A stretch of DNA of 64,000 bases from assembly GCF_964204645.1 (NCBI RefSeq), contig NC_134028.1, positions 13,771,653-13,835,652 of the forward strand, given 5' to 3'. This document shows positions 1 through 11,167 of the stretch, piece by piece. Under the pieces are notes generated by a model. It ran no database searches. It was given only the letters and a program-made list of their open reading frames with translations, and was not told the origin of the DNA. Origin of the DNA: Tubulanus polymorphus (lineage: Eukaryota; Animalia; Nemertea). Position 1 is the first letter of the stretch. Every line of letters starts with the position of its first letter. A program made the position numbers and the translations under genes.

Positions 1-1780
1 ATTCGACCAGGTATTCCTTGGTTGTCGAATATGGACATAGCGTTATGTTGATAAAACGACACGTCGGGAGTAAATTGACTGCCCTTAGCATCAGTCCGAG
101 CGGCTGTATATCGAGTCCTGAGAGTGTCTATACATGAGCGGAACGGAAACTGATTTAAACGGTTTTCACCTTATTTTGCATAAATCTTGATTGAAGGATT
201 CGTATGAAGCACATAAAACCGACTATTATTACGGTATTGAGGTTGAGATGGTGGTGTGCCTTACACACATCTCGCGCGGACTAGAATGTCTCTAAGATTT
301 TTGCCGCGTGTAAATAGTATTCTAGGAGGTTCCTTGAATATTATTCTCAGAGTCGCGTTCGATTGGATTATCTTCCAGTGTTTTGTAAGCGACTGACGGA
401 TATTATCCGTGTTCGGATGGTATTTGGTGATCAGTGAGATTGAATCAAATGAGCGCTTTTTTGTGCGCGTGTGTAAGAGATCCGTACGATATCGTTGGTC
501 CGCTTTGTAGATTTGAGCGCGGATTTCGCGAGCACTATAGCCTCGGGCCCGGAGGTAACCCTGTAGTTTTTTACATTGTGAGCGGTATTCGCTTTCGTCC
601 GAGCAGATTTTCTTAAATCTGAGAGCCTGTGCGTATGCAATGTTGTTGCTGCAGTGAGGCGGGTGACACGATTCTTTGTGTAGGAGCGAGTGTGCGTCCG
701 TGGGTTTTGTGTACACCCTTGTTGAGAGTTTACCTGAGTTCTCAAAATCTTTCCCTTTGTAGACTTCAACGTCTAGGAAGGGTACCTTCTCCCTTGATTG
801 TGTCAGTTCGTATTGGATGGTACGGTGTGATTGGTTCATATGTTCGAAAAATTCGAGTAGTTTATCTTCACCGTGGGTCCAGATTGAGAATATATCATCT
901 ATATATCTCCAATATAACATGGGTATAGTATTGTTCGGTGCCGAGCGGAGACATTTAGTCTCGAGATAATGCATGAATATGATCGCTAGACTCGGGCTGA
1001 CTGTTGAACCCATGGCGCAACCCTCTATTTGAAGGCGGTGTTCGTTTTTCCCGAAAGAGAATTCATTTCTCTTCAGTATTAGATTCAGGAATTGAACGAA
1101 GCGTCTTTTGTCTGGACGGCGAACTGCGTATTGTAGCGGGAAGTCATCTAGACTTCTAAGGATGCTACTGATGGCTTCTCCGTGAGGGATGTTGGTGTAT
1201 AGACTTTTGACATCCATTGTCACCAATATCGCATCTTTCCGGAGGGGAGGGAGGGAATTGATTTTGTTGAGAAAGTCATTGGTATCTTGGATGTATGTTG
1301 ATACTCGACTCGCGATTGGTCTCAGAAAATAGTCCAGATATTTGGATATCTTTTCCGTGGGGCCATTGTTGCCGCTTAGGATCGGTCTCCCCGGGTTGTT
1401 GACCTTGTGAATTTTCGGTAGAAGGTAGAACTCGGGGATTTTGATATCAGATCCCGGTGTTAGATATAGCCACGTAACATGGTCTATTTCTTGGTTGTTT
1501 CTCATATCGTCTATGATTCTTTTTATTTCACTTGCGACTAAAGTAGTGTCGGGTGGAGCGATTGACCGGTAGCTGTTGGTGTCATTTAGCTGTCTCAGAG
1601 CTTCTTTTTTGTAAGAGTCTTGGCTCATGATAGCTATGGCTCCCCCTTTGTCACAGGGTTTTACAATGAGATCTTTATTCCGATTTAGTTCGTTGATCGC
1701 TTTCATCTCGTTTCTCGATAAATTGGATTTGAATTTTTGTGTGAGATTGAGTTTTTTGAGCTCTGTACGCGTTAGTTCAA
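1..1780 (-). mobile_element. Inverted, 5'-truncated copy of the Penelope-like element (continues beyond the window start)
   Basis: Reverse complement of unit positions ~4835-6614; homology ends at GTTAGTTCAA (1780), followed by a 9-nt filler. Confidence 0.95.
261..1706 (-). pseudogene. 5'-truncated PLE reverse transcriptase ORF (481 aa)
   Basis: Identical to residues 142-622 of the full-length RT; the true start and promoter are lost at the inversion junction. Confidence 0.9.
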
Positions 1781-3013
1781 ATGTTACGTGACCATGTTAC
1801 GTGGCTATATCTAACACCGGGATCTGATATCAAAATCCCCGAGTTCTACCTTCTACCGAAAATTCACAAGGTCAACAACCCGGGGAGACCGATCCTAAGC
1901 GGCAACAATGGCCCCACGGAAAAGATATCCAAATATCTGGACTATTTTCTGAGACCAATCGCGAGTCGAGTATCAACATACATCCAAGATACCAATGACT
2001 TTCTCAACAAAATCAATTCCCTCCCTCCCCTCCGGAAAGATGCGATATTGGTGACAATGGATGTCAAAAGTCTATACACCAACATCCCTCACGGAGAAGC
2101 CATCAGTAGCATCCTTAGAAGTCTAGATGACTTCCCGCTACAATACGCAGTTCGCCGTCCAGACAAAAGACGCTTCGTTCAATTCCTGAATCTAATACTG
2201 AAGAGAAATGAATTCTCTTTCGGGAAAAACGAACACCGCCTTCAAATAGAGGGTTGCGCCATGGGTTCAACAGTCAGCCCGAGTCTAGCGATCATATTCA
2301 TGCATTATCTCGAGACTAAATGTCTCCGCTCGGCACCGAACAATACTATACCCATGTTATATTGGAGATATATAGATGATATATTCTCAATCTGGACCCA
2401 CGGTGAAGATAAACTACTCGAATTTTTCGAACATATGAACCAATCACACCGTACCATCCAATACGAACTGACACAATCAAGGGAGAAGGTACCCTTCCTA
2501 GACGTTGAAGTCTACAAAGGGAAAGATTTTGAGAACTCAGGTAAACTCTCAACAAGGGTGTACACAAAACCCACGGACGCACACTCGCTCCTACACAAAG
2601 AATCGTGTCACCCGCCTCACTGCAGCAACAACATTGCATACGCACAGGCTCTCAGATTTAAGAAAATCTGCTCGGACGAAAGCGAATACCGCTCACAATG
2701 TAAAAAACTACAGGGTTACCTCCGGGCCCGAGGCTATAGTGCTCGCGAAATCCGCGCTCAAATCTACAAAGCGGACCAACGATATCGTACGGATCTCTTA
2801 CACACGCGCACAAAAAAGCGCTCATTTGATTCAATCTCACTGATCACCAAATACCATCCGAACACGGATAATATCCGTCAGTCGCTTACAAAACACTGGA
2901 AGATAATCCAATCGAACGCGACTCTGAGAATAATATTCAAGGAACCTCCTAGAATACTATTTACACGCGGCAAAAATCTTAGAGACATTCTAGTCCGCGC
3001 GAGATGTGTGTAA
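1781..3013 (+). pseudogene. 5'-truncated PLE RT ORF (410 aa); the ATG comes from the junction filler
   Basis: Matches the full RT from DHVTWLY onward; the leading MLR derives from filler 1781-1789. Confidence 0.9.
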
Positions 3014-3708
3014 GGCACACCACCATCTCAACCTCAATACCGTAATAATAGTCGGTTTTATGTGCTTCATACAAATCCTTCAATCAAGATTTATGCAAAA
3101 TAAGGTGAAAACCGTTTAAATCAGTTTCCGTTCCGCTCATGTATAGACACTCTCAGGACTCGATATACAGCCGCTCGGACTGATGCTAAGGGCAGTCAAT
3201 TTACTCCCGACGTGTCGTTTTATCAACATAACGCTATGTCCATATTCGACAACCAAGGAATACCTGGTCGAATCGATACCGCCCGGCGGTCACACACAAA
3301 AAATCGCTTCAGATCACATCAGATCGATGATTTTAAGAACCTCCTCAATCCAAACAGATTGAAATATAGACGTAGTTGATACATACGCCGACAGATGATC
3401 GGTGCGATTACCCTCGCAACACCAACGGACCCTGTTTTGACAGGACGGAAAGTACTCTCCACACGAGACGAGGAAAGCCCGTCCCACCTTTGCACAAATC
3501 TAACATCTATATCGGTTCTCACCACTACCCGCCACCGTAAGGCCTCGAATGTGTTGCTGATACACACGCCATCTATCTGATTAGGCTATCAGCACTATTT
3601 GCAATGACTTGCAATATAATACAGTCATACACCGACGCCTGTTTACTATATATAAAAGAAACAACACAATGTGTACCTCACATTCTCAATATGAATTACT
3701 CGTTTTTA

Positions 3709-3911
3709 TTTCTACTGTGAATGATATAATTGTTACATTGCTTCACCCTCGTGAACTGGCTGCGTCACCCAGCCTCTAACGGTCTTACGGACCTAAATAC
3801 AACTTTTTCTACTGTGGATATTTAAACTACATACTAATGTGTACATATTGCTACACCCTCGTGGAACTGGCTGTGTTGCCCAGCCTCTAACGGTCCAGCG
3901 GACCCAAACAC
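3709..3911 (+). ncRNA. Two tandem copies (3709-3800, 3806-3911) of a putative structured RNA module in the PLE 3' region
   Basis: Shared TTTCTACTGTG...ATTGCTWCACCCTCGTG(G)AACTGGCTG-n6-CCAGCCTCTAACGGTC-n4-GGACCYAAAYAC; stems conserved, loops variable, covariation AAUG/CAUU versus GAUA/UAUU. Confidence 0.6.
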
Positions 3912-4290
3912 CTTAACATGTCTTCTTTTTTCCTACCCCCGGGTAGAAGCCGTTGTTTCAACGTGAAAATGGCCAACATAGACGGTGTGTCCAGCCACCC
4001 ACATCGGTAGCAGAATAGCAATATCGGTTCTATTTACAACCAACCATACGGTTAACTGGTCCCTGCTACGGCACGGAATTACTTGAGGAATACCAGTAGA
4101 TCGCTAACTCGAACGATCCCGTGTGGGTAACAGAACTTGCCGTGAACATCACGGTCCACACAATTTATACACAGAATCACCCCCTCATACACTGAAGGAG
4201 TGAAAAACCTGATAAATACACAGAAGAACGATCACGCAATTAGCAAATCACAATATATACACACAACACACCACCGGATGTGTACTACAC

Positions 4291-4406
4291 GACGTCAAGT
4301 GACTCAATGATTTTCTAGCCAATCAGCGCGTAACAGTGATAATTAGCCTGTGAAACAACAAACTCTCCGATTGGTGCCCTGCGGGAGCACCCAGAGAGTA
4401 TAAATA
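4291..4406 (+). promoter_or_regulatory. Pol II promoter of the PLE unit
   Basis: CRE-like GACGTCA 4291, AP-1 TGACTCA 4300, CCAAT 4319, ATTGG 4370, TATAAATA 4399, about 85 bp upstream of the RT ATG. Confidence 0.75.
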
Positions 4407-4485
4407 GTTAGCTATTCACTAACTACGACACACGCGGAACTCTGCTCACAGTATCACGCACTCACATTCCAGTCTTACTCCCCTC

Positions 4486-6354
4486 ATGGGTAGGAGGAAA
4501 AACAACCAGTGGAAAAACCACTCAACTGGGTCACGCATCAGCCGAGGTAAACCCTCCGCTACAACTGCCTCCCAGCTCAACAGATTTGTGGTCAACCTAT
4601 CAAACCACGTGGTTAGCAAAACCACCATTAATGCATTAAGCAAGGGTCTGAAATTCGTACCCAATAATGCACCGACACAGAAGGACGAACTTCTCACGGC
4701 CGCCGAAGCTTTCTTCCGCCGCCTTAGGTTGAAATATATATTTTTTAACCGTGAGAAAAACTCACTGCACCCCTTCAAAGGGAAAAGCCAATTCGATCCG
4801 CTTACATCAGGCGATCGCCGGCTCGAACGTTATATTGAACTAACGCGTACAGAGCTCAAAAAACTCAATCTCACACAAAAATTCAAATCCAATTTATCGA
4901 GAAACGAGATGAAAGCGATCAACGAACTAAATCGGAATAAAGATCTCATTGTAAAACCCTGTGACAAAGGGGGAGCCATAGCTATCATGAGCCAAGACTC
5001 TTACAAAAAAGAAGCTCTGAGACAGCTAAATGACACCAACAGCTACCGGTCAATCGCTCCACCCGACACTACTTTAGTCGCAAGTGAAATAAAAAGAATC
5101 ATAGACGATATGAGAAACAACCAAGAAATAGACCATGTTACGTGGCTATATCTAACACCGGGATCTGATATCAAAATCCCCGAGTTCTACCTTCTACCGA
5201 AAATTCACAAGGTCAACAACCCGGGGAGACCGATCCTAAGCGGCAACAATGGCCCCACGGAAAAGATATCCAAATATCTGGACTATTTTCTGAGACCAAT
5301 CGCGAGTCGAGTATCAACATACATCCAAGATACCAATGACTTTCTCAACAAAATCAATTCCCTCCCTCCCCTCCGGAAAGATGCGATATTGGTGACAATG
5401 GATGTCAAAAGTCTATACACCAACATCCCTCACGGAGAAGCCATCAGTAGCATCCTTAGAAGTCTAGATGACTTCCCGCTACAATACGCAGTTCGCCGTC
5501 CAGACAAAAGACGCTTCGTTCAATTCCTGAATCTAATACTGAAGAGAAATGAATTCTCTTTCGGGAAAAACGAACACCGCCTTCAAATAGAGGGTTGCGC
5601 CATGGGTTCAACAGTCAGCCCGAGTCTAGCGATCATATTCATGCATTATCTCGAGACTAAATGTCTCCGCTCGGCACCGAACAATACTATACCCATGTTA
5701 TATTGGAGATATATAGATGATATATTCTCAATCTGGACCCACGGTGAAGATAAACTACTCGAATTTTTCGAACATATGAACCAATCACACCGTACCATCC
5801 AATACGAACTGACACAATCAAGGGAGAAGGTACCCTTCCTAGACGTTGAAGTCTACAAAGGGAAAGATTTTGAGAACTCAGGTAAACTCTCAACAAGGGT
5901 GTACACAAAACCCACGGACGCACACTCGCTCCTACACAAAGAATCGTGTCACCCGCCTCACTGCAGCAACAACATTGCATACGCACAGGCTCTCAGATTT
6001 AAGAAAATCTGCTCGGACGAAAGCGAATACCGCTCACAATGTAAAAAACTACAGGGTTACCTCCGGGCCCGAGGCTATAGTGCTCGCGAAATCCGCGCTC
6101 AAATCTACAAAGCGGACCAACGATATCGTACGGATCTCTTACACACGCGCACAAAAAAGCGCTCATTTGATTCAATCTCACTGATCACCAAATACCATCC
6201 GAACACGGATAATATCCGTCAGTCGCTTACAAAACACTGGAAGATAATCCAATCGAACGCGACTCTGAGAATAATATTCAAGGAACCTCCTAGAATACTA
6301 TTTACACGCGGCAAAAATCTTAGAGACATTCTAGTCCGCGCGAGATGTGTGTAA
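4486..6354 (+). CDS. Penelope-like (Neptune-type) reverse transcriptase, 622 aa, no GIY-YIG domain
   Basis: Motifs KPCDKGG, LPKIHK, PGRPI, DVKSLYTNIPH, GCAMGS, RYIDDIF, FLDV, KPTD, SCHP, RGY, NLRDILVRA, then a stop codon. Confidence 0.95.
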   Translation: MGRRKNNQWKNHSTGSRISRGKPSATTASQLNRFVVNLSNHVVSKTTINALSKGLKFVPNNAPTQKDELLTAAEAFFRRLRLKYIFFNREKNSLHPFKGKSQFDPLTSGDRRLERYIELTRTELKKLNLTQKFKSNLSRNEMKAINELNRNKDLIVKPCDKGGAIAIMSQDSYKKEALRQLNDTNSYRSIAPPDTTLVASEIKRIIDDMRNNQEIDHVTWLYLTPGSDIKIPEFYLLPKIHKVNNPGRPILSGNNGPTEKISKYLDYFLRPIASRVSTYIQDTNDFLNKINSLPPLRKDAILVTMDVKSLYTNIPHGEAISSILRSLDDFPLQYAVRRPDKRRFVQFLNLILKRNEFSFGKNEHRLQIEGCAMGSTVSPSLAIIFMHYLETKCLRSAPNNTIPMLYWRYIDDIFSIWTHGEDKLLEFFEHMNQSHRTIQYELTQSREKVPFLDVEVYKGKDFENSGKLSTRVYTKPTDAHSLLHKESCHPPHCSNNIAYAQALRFKKICSDESEYRSQCKKLQGYLRARGYSAREIRAQIYKADQRYRTDLLHTRTKKRSFDSISLITKYHPNTDNIRQSLTKHWKIIQSNATLRIIFKEPPRILFTRGKNLRDILVRARCV

Positions 6355-7049
6355 GGCACACCACCATCTCAACCTCAATACCGTAATAATAGTCGGTTTT
6401 ATGTGCTTCATACAAATCCTTCAATCAAGATTTATGCAAAATAAGGTGAAAACCGTTTAAATCAGTTTCCGTTCCGCTCATGTATAGACACTCTCAGGAC
6501 TCGATATACAGCCGCTCGGACTGATGCTAAGGGCAGTCAATTTACTCCCGACGTGTCGTTTTATCAACATAACGCTATGTCCATATTCGACAACCAAGGA
6601 ATACCTGGTCGAATCGATACCGCCCGGCGGTCACACACAAAAAATCGCTTCAGATCACATCAGATCGATGATTTTAAGAACCTCCTCAATCCAAACAGAT
6701 TGAAATATAGACGTAGTTGATACATACGCCGACAGATGATCGGTGCGATTACCCTCGCAACACCAACGGACCCTGTTTTGACAGGACGGAAAGTACTCTC
6801 CACACGAGACGAGGAAAGCCCGTCCCACCTTTGCACAAATCTAACATCTATATCGGTTCTCACCACTACCCGCCACCGTAAGGCCTCGAATGTGTTGCTG
6901 ATACACACGCCATCTATCTGATTAGGCTATCAGCACTATTTGCAATGACTTGCAATATAATACAGTCATACACCGACGCCTGTTTACTATATATAAAAGA
7001 AACAACACAATGTGTACCTCACATTCTCAATATGAATTACTCGTTTTTA

Positions 7050-7252
7050 TTTCTACTGTGAATGATATAATTGTTACATTGCTTCACCCTCGTGAACTGG
7101 CTGCGTCACCCAGCCTCTAACGGTCTTACGGACCTAAATACAACTTTTTCTACTGTGGATATTTAAACTACATACTAATGTGTACATATTGCTACACCCT
7201 CGTGGAACTGGCTGTGTTGCCCAGCCTCTAACGGTCCAGCGGACCCAAACAC
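7050..7252 (+). ncRNA. Duplicated 3' RNA module, unit 2
   Basis: Copy of 3709-3911 shifted by 3341 bp. Confidence 0.6.
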
Positions 7253-7631
7253 CTTAACATGTCTTCTTTTTTCCTACCCCCGGGTAGAAGCCGTTGTTTC
7301 AACGTGAAAATGGCCAACATAGACGGTGTGTCCAGCCACCCACATCGGTAGCAGAATAGCAATATCGGTTCTATTTACAACCAACCATACGGTTAACTGG
7401 TCCCTGCTACGGCACGGAATTACTTGAGGAATACCAGTAGATCGCTAACTCGAACGATCCCGTGTGGGTAACAGAACTTGCCGTGAACATCACGGTCCAC
7501 ACAATTTATACACAGAATCACCCCCTCATACACTGAAGGAGTGAAAAACCTGATAAATACACAGAAGAACGATCACGCAATTAGCAAATCACAATATATA
7601 CACACAACACACCACCGGATGTGTACTACAC

Positions 7632-7747
7632 GACGTCAAGTGACTCAATGATTTTCTAGCCAATCAGCGCGTAACAGTGATAATTAGCCTGTGAAACAAC
7701 AAACTCTCCGATTGGTGCCCTGCGGGAGCACCCAGAGAGTATAAATA
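7632..7747 (+). promoter_or_regulatory. PLE promoter, second copy
   Basis: Copy of 4291-4406. Confidence 0.75.
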
Positions 7748-7826
7748 GTTAGCTATTCACTAACTACGACACACGCGGAACTCTGCTCACAGTATCACGC
7801 ACTCACATTCCAGTCTTACTCCCCTC

Positions 7827-9695
7827 ATGGGTAGGAGGAAAAACAACCAGTGGAAAAACCACTCAACTGGGTCACGCATCAGCCGAGGTAAACCCTCCGC
7901 TACAACTGCCTCCCAGCTCAACAGATTTGTGGTCAACCTATCAAACCACGTGGTTAGCAAAACCACCATTAATGCATTAAGCAAGGGTCTGAAATTCGTA
8001 CCCAATAATGCACCGACACAGAAGGACGAACTTCTCACGGCCGCCGAAGCTTTCTTCCGCCGCCTTAGGTTGAAATATATATTTTTTAACCGTGAGAAAA
8101 ACTCACTGCACCCCTTCAAAGGGAAAAGCCAATTCGATCCGCTTACATCAGGCGATCGCCGGCTCGAACGTTATATTGAACTAACGCGTACAGAGCTCAA
8201 AAAACTCAATCTCACACAAAAATTCAAATCCAATTTATCGAGAAACGAGATGAAAGCGATCAACGAACTAAATCGGAATAAAGATCTCATTGTAAAACCC
8301 TGTGACAAAGGGGGAGCCATAGCTATCATGAGCCAAGACTCTTACAAAAAAGAAGCTCTGAGACAGCTAAATGACACCAACAGCTACCGGTCAATCGCTC
8401 CACCCGACACTACTTTAGTCGCAAGTGAAATAAAAAGAATCATAGACGATATGAGAAACAACCAAGAAATAGACCATGTTACGTGGCTATATCTAACACC
8501 GGGATCTGATATCAAAATCCCCGAGTTCTACCTTCTACCGAAAATTCACAAGGTCAACAACCCGGGGAGACCGATCCTAAGCGGCAACAATGGCCCCACG
8601 GAAAAGATATCCAAATATCTGGACTATTTTCTGAGACCAATCGCGAGTCGAGTATCAACATACATCCAAGATACCAATGACTTTCTCAACAAAATCAATT
8701 CCCTCCCTCCCCTCCGGAAAGATGCGATATTGGTGACAATGGATGTCAAAAGTCTATACACCAACATCCCTCACGGAGAAGCCATCAGTAGCATCCTTAG
8801 AAGTCTAGATGACTTCCCGCTACAATACGCAGTTCGCCGTCCAGACAAAAGACGCTTCGTTCAATTCCTGAATCTAATACTGAAGAGAAATGAATTCTCT
8901 TTCGGGAAAAACGAACACCGCCTTCAAATAGAGGGTTGCGCCATGGGTTCAACAGTCAGCCCGAGTCTAGCGATCATATTCATGCATTATCTCGAGACTA
9001 AATGTCTCCGCTCGGCACCGAACAATACTATACCCATGTTATATTGGAGATATATAGATGATATATTCTCAATCTGGACCCACGGTGAAGATAAACTACT
9101 CGAATTTTTCGAACATATGAACCAATCACACCGTACCATCCAATACGAACTGACACAATCAAGGGAGAAGGTACCCTTCCTAGACGTTGAAGTCTACAAA
9201 GGGAAAGATTTTGAGAACTCAGGTAAACTCTCAACAAGGGTGTACACAAAACCCACGGACGCACACTCGCTCCTACACAAAGAATCGTGTCACCCGCCTC
9301 ACTGCAGCAACAACATTGCATACGCACAGGCTCTCAGATTTAAGAAAATCTGCTCGGACGAAAGCGAATACCGCTCACAATGTAAAAAACTACAGGGTTA
9401 CCTCCGGGCCCGAGGCTATAGTGCTCGCGAAATCCGCGCTCAAATCTACAAAGCGGACCAACGATATCGTACGGATCTCTTACACACGCGCACAAAAAAG
9501 CGCTCATTTGATTCAATCTCACTGATCACCAAATACCATCCGAACACGGATAATATCCGTCAGTCGCTTACAAAACACTGGAAGATAATCCAATCGAACG
9601 CGACTCTGAGAATAATATTCAAGGAACCTCCTAGAATACTATTTACACGCGGCAAAAATCTTAGAGACATTCTAGTCCGCGCGAGATGTGTGTAA
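7827..9695 (+). CDS. PLE reverse transcriptase, 622 aa (copy 2)
   Basis: Translation identical to 4486-6354. Confidence 0.95.
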   Translation: MGRRKNNQWKNHSTGSRISRGKPSATTASQLNRFVVNLSNHVVSKTTINALSKGLKFVPNNAPTQKDELLTAAEAFFRRLRLKYIFFNREKNSLHPFKGKSQFDPLTSGDRRLERYIELTRTELKKLNLTQKFKSNLSRNEMKAINELNRNKDLIVKPCDKGGAIAIMSQDSYKKEALRQLNDTNSYRSIAPPDTTLVASEIKRIIDDMRNNQEIDHVTWLYLTPGSDIKIPEFYLLPKIHKVNNPGRPILSGNNGPTEKISKYLDYFLRPIASRVSTYIQDTNDFLNKINSLPPLRKDAILVTMDVKSLYTNIPHGEAISSILRSLDDFPLQYAVRRPDKRRFVQFLNLILKRNEFSFGKNEHRLQIEGCAMGSTVSPSLAIIFMHYLETKCLRSAPNNTIPMLYWRYIDDIFSIWTHGEDKLLEFFEHMNQSHRTIQYELTQSREKVPFLDVEVYKGKDFENSGKLSTRVYTKPTDAHSLLHKESCHPPHCSNNIAYAQALRFKKICSDESEYRSQCKKLQGYLRARGYSAREIRAQIYKADQRYRTDLLHTRTKKRSFDSISLITKYHPNTDNIRQSLTKHWKIIQSNATLRIIFKEPPRILFTRGKNLRDILVRARCV

Positions 9696-10390
9696 GGCAC
9701 ACCACCATCTCAACCTCAATACCGTAATAATAGTCGGTTTTATGTGCTTCATACGAATCCTTCAATCAAGATTTATGCAAAATAAGGTGAAAACCGTTTA
9801 AATCAGTTTCCGTTCCGCTCATGTATAGACACTCTCAGGACTCGATATACAGCCGCTCGGACTGATGCTAAGGGCAGTCAATTTACTCCCGACGTGTCGT
9901 TTTATCAACATAACGCTATGTCCATATTCGACAACCAAGGAATACCTGGTCGAATCGATACCGCCCGGCGGTCACACACAAAAAATCGCTTCAGATCACA
10001 TCAGATCGATGATTTTAAGAACCTCCTCAATCCAAACAGATTGAAATATAGACGTAGTTGATACATACGCCGACAGATGATCGGTGCGATTACCCTCGCA
10101 ACACCAACGGACCCTGTTTTGACAGGACGGAAAGTACTCTCCACACGAGACGAGGAAAGCCCGTCCCACCTTTGCACAAATCTAACATCTATATCGGTTC
10201 TCACCACTACCCGCCACCGTAAGGCCTCGAATGTGTTGCTGATACACACGCCATCTATCTGATTAGGCTATCAGCACTATTTGCAATGACTTGCAATATA
10301 ATACAGTCATACACCGACGCCTGTTTACTATATATAAAAGAAACAACACAATGTGTACCTCACATTCTCAATATGAATTACTCGTTTTTA

Positions 10391-10593
10391 TTTCTACTGT
10401 GAATGATATAATTGTTACATTGCTACACCCTCGTGAACTGGCTGCGTCACCCAGCCTCTAACGGTCTTACGGACCTAAATACAACTTTTTCTACTGTGGA
10501 TATTTAAACTACATACTAATGTGTACATATTGCTACACCCTCGTGGAACTGGCTGTGTTGCCCAGCCTCTAACGGTCCAGCGGACCCAAACAC
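10391..10593 (+). ncRNA. Duplicated 3' RNA module, unit 3
   Basis: Copy of 3709-3911 with A instead of T at 10425. Confidence 0.6.
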
Positions 10594-10972
10594 CTTAACA
10601 TGTCTTCTTTTTTCCTACCCCCGGGTAGAAGCCGTTGTTTCAACGTGAAAATGGCCAACATAGACGGTGTGTCCAGCCACCCACATCGGTAGCAGAATAG
10701 CAATATCGGTTCTATTTACAACCAACCATACGGTTAACTGGTCCCTGCTACGGCACGGAATTACTTGAGGAATACCAGTAGATCGCTAACTCGAACGATC
10801 CCGTGTGGGTAACAGAACTTGCCGTGAACATCACGGTCCACACAATTTATACACAGAATCACCCCCTCATACACTGAAGGAGTGAAAAACCTGATAAATA
10901 CACAGAAGAACGATCACGCAATTAGCAAATCACAATATATACACACAACACACCACCGGATGTGTACTACAC

Positions 10973-11088
10973 GACGTCAAGTGACTCAATGATTTTCTAG
11001 CCAATCAGCGCGTAACAGTGATAATTAGCCTGTGAAACAACAAACTCTCCGATTGGTGCCCTGCGGGAGCACCCAGAGAGTATAAATA
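10973..11088 (+). promoter_or_regulatory. PLE promoter, third copy
   Basis: Copy of 4291-4406. Confidence 0.75.
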
Positions 11089-11167
11089 GTTAGCTATTCA
11101 CTAACTACGACACACGCGGAACTCTGCTCACAGTATCACGCACTCACATTCCAGTCTTACTCCCCTC

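Noticed and set aside
3706-3720. ATTTCTACTGT resembles a Cas12a crRNA repeat
   Set aside because: No complementary GTAGAT, no spacer array, no cas genes, and a eukaryotic context
3845-3905. HDV-like or twister-like reading of the 3' module (CCCTCGT, CCCAGCCTC, CTAA)
   Set aside because: I could not build P1/P3 or the pseudoknots consistently in both copies; kept as an unclassified structure
5539-5572. CTGAAGA...GAAA hammerhead-like string inside the RT gene
   Set aside because: Coding sequence (LKRNEFSFGK), wrong spacing and no stems I or III
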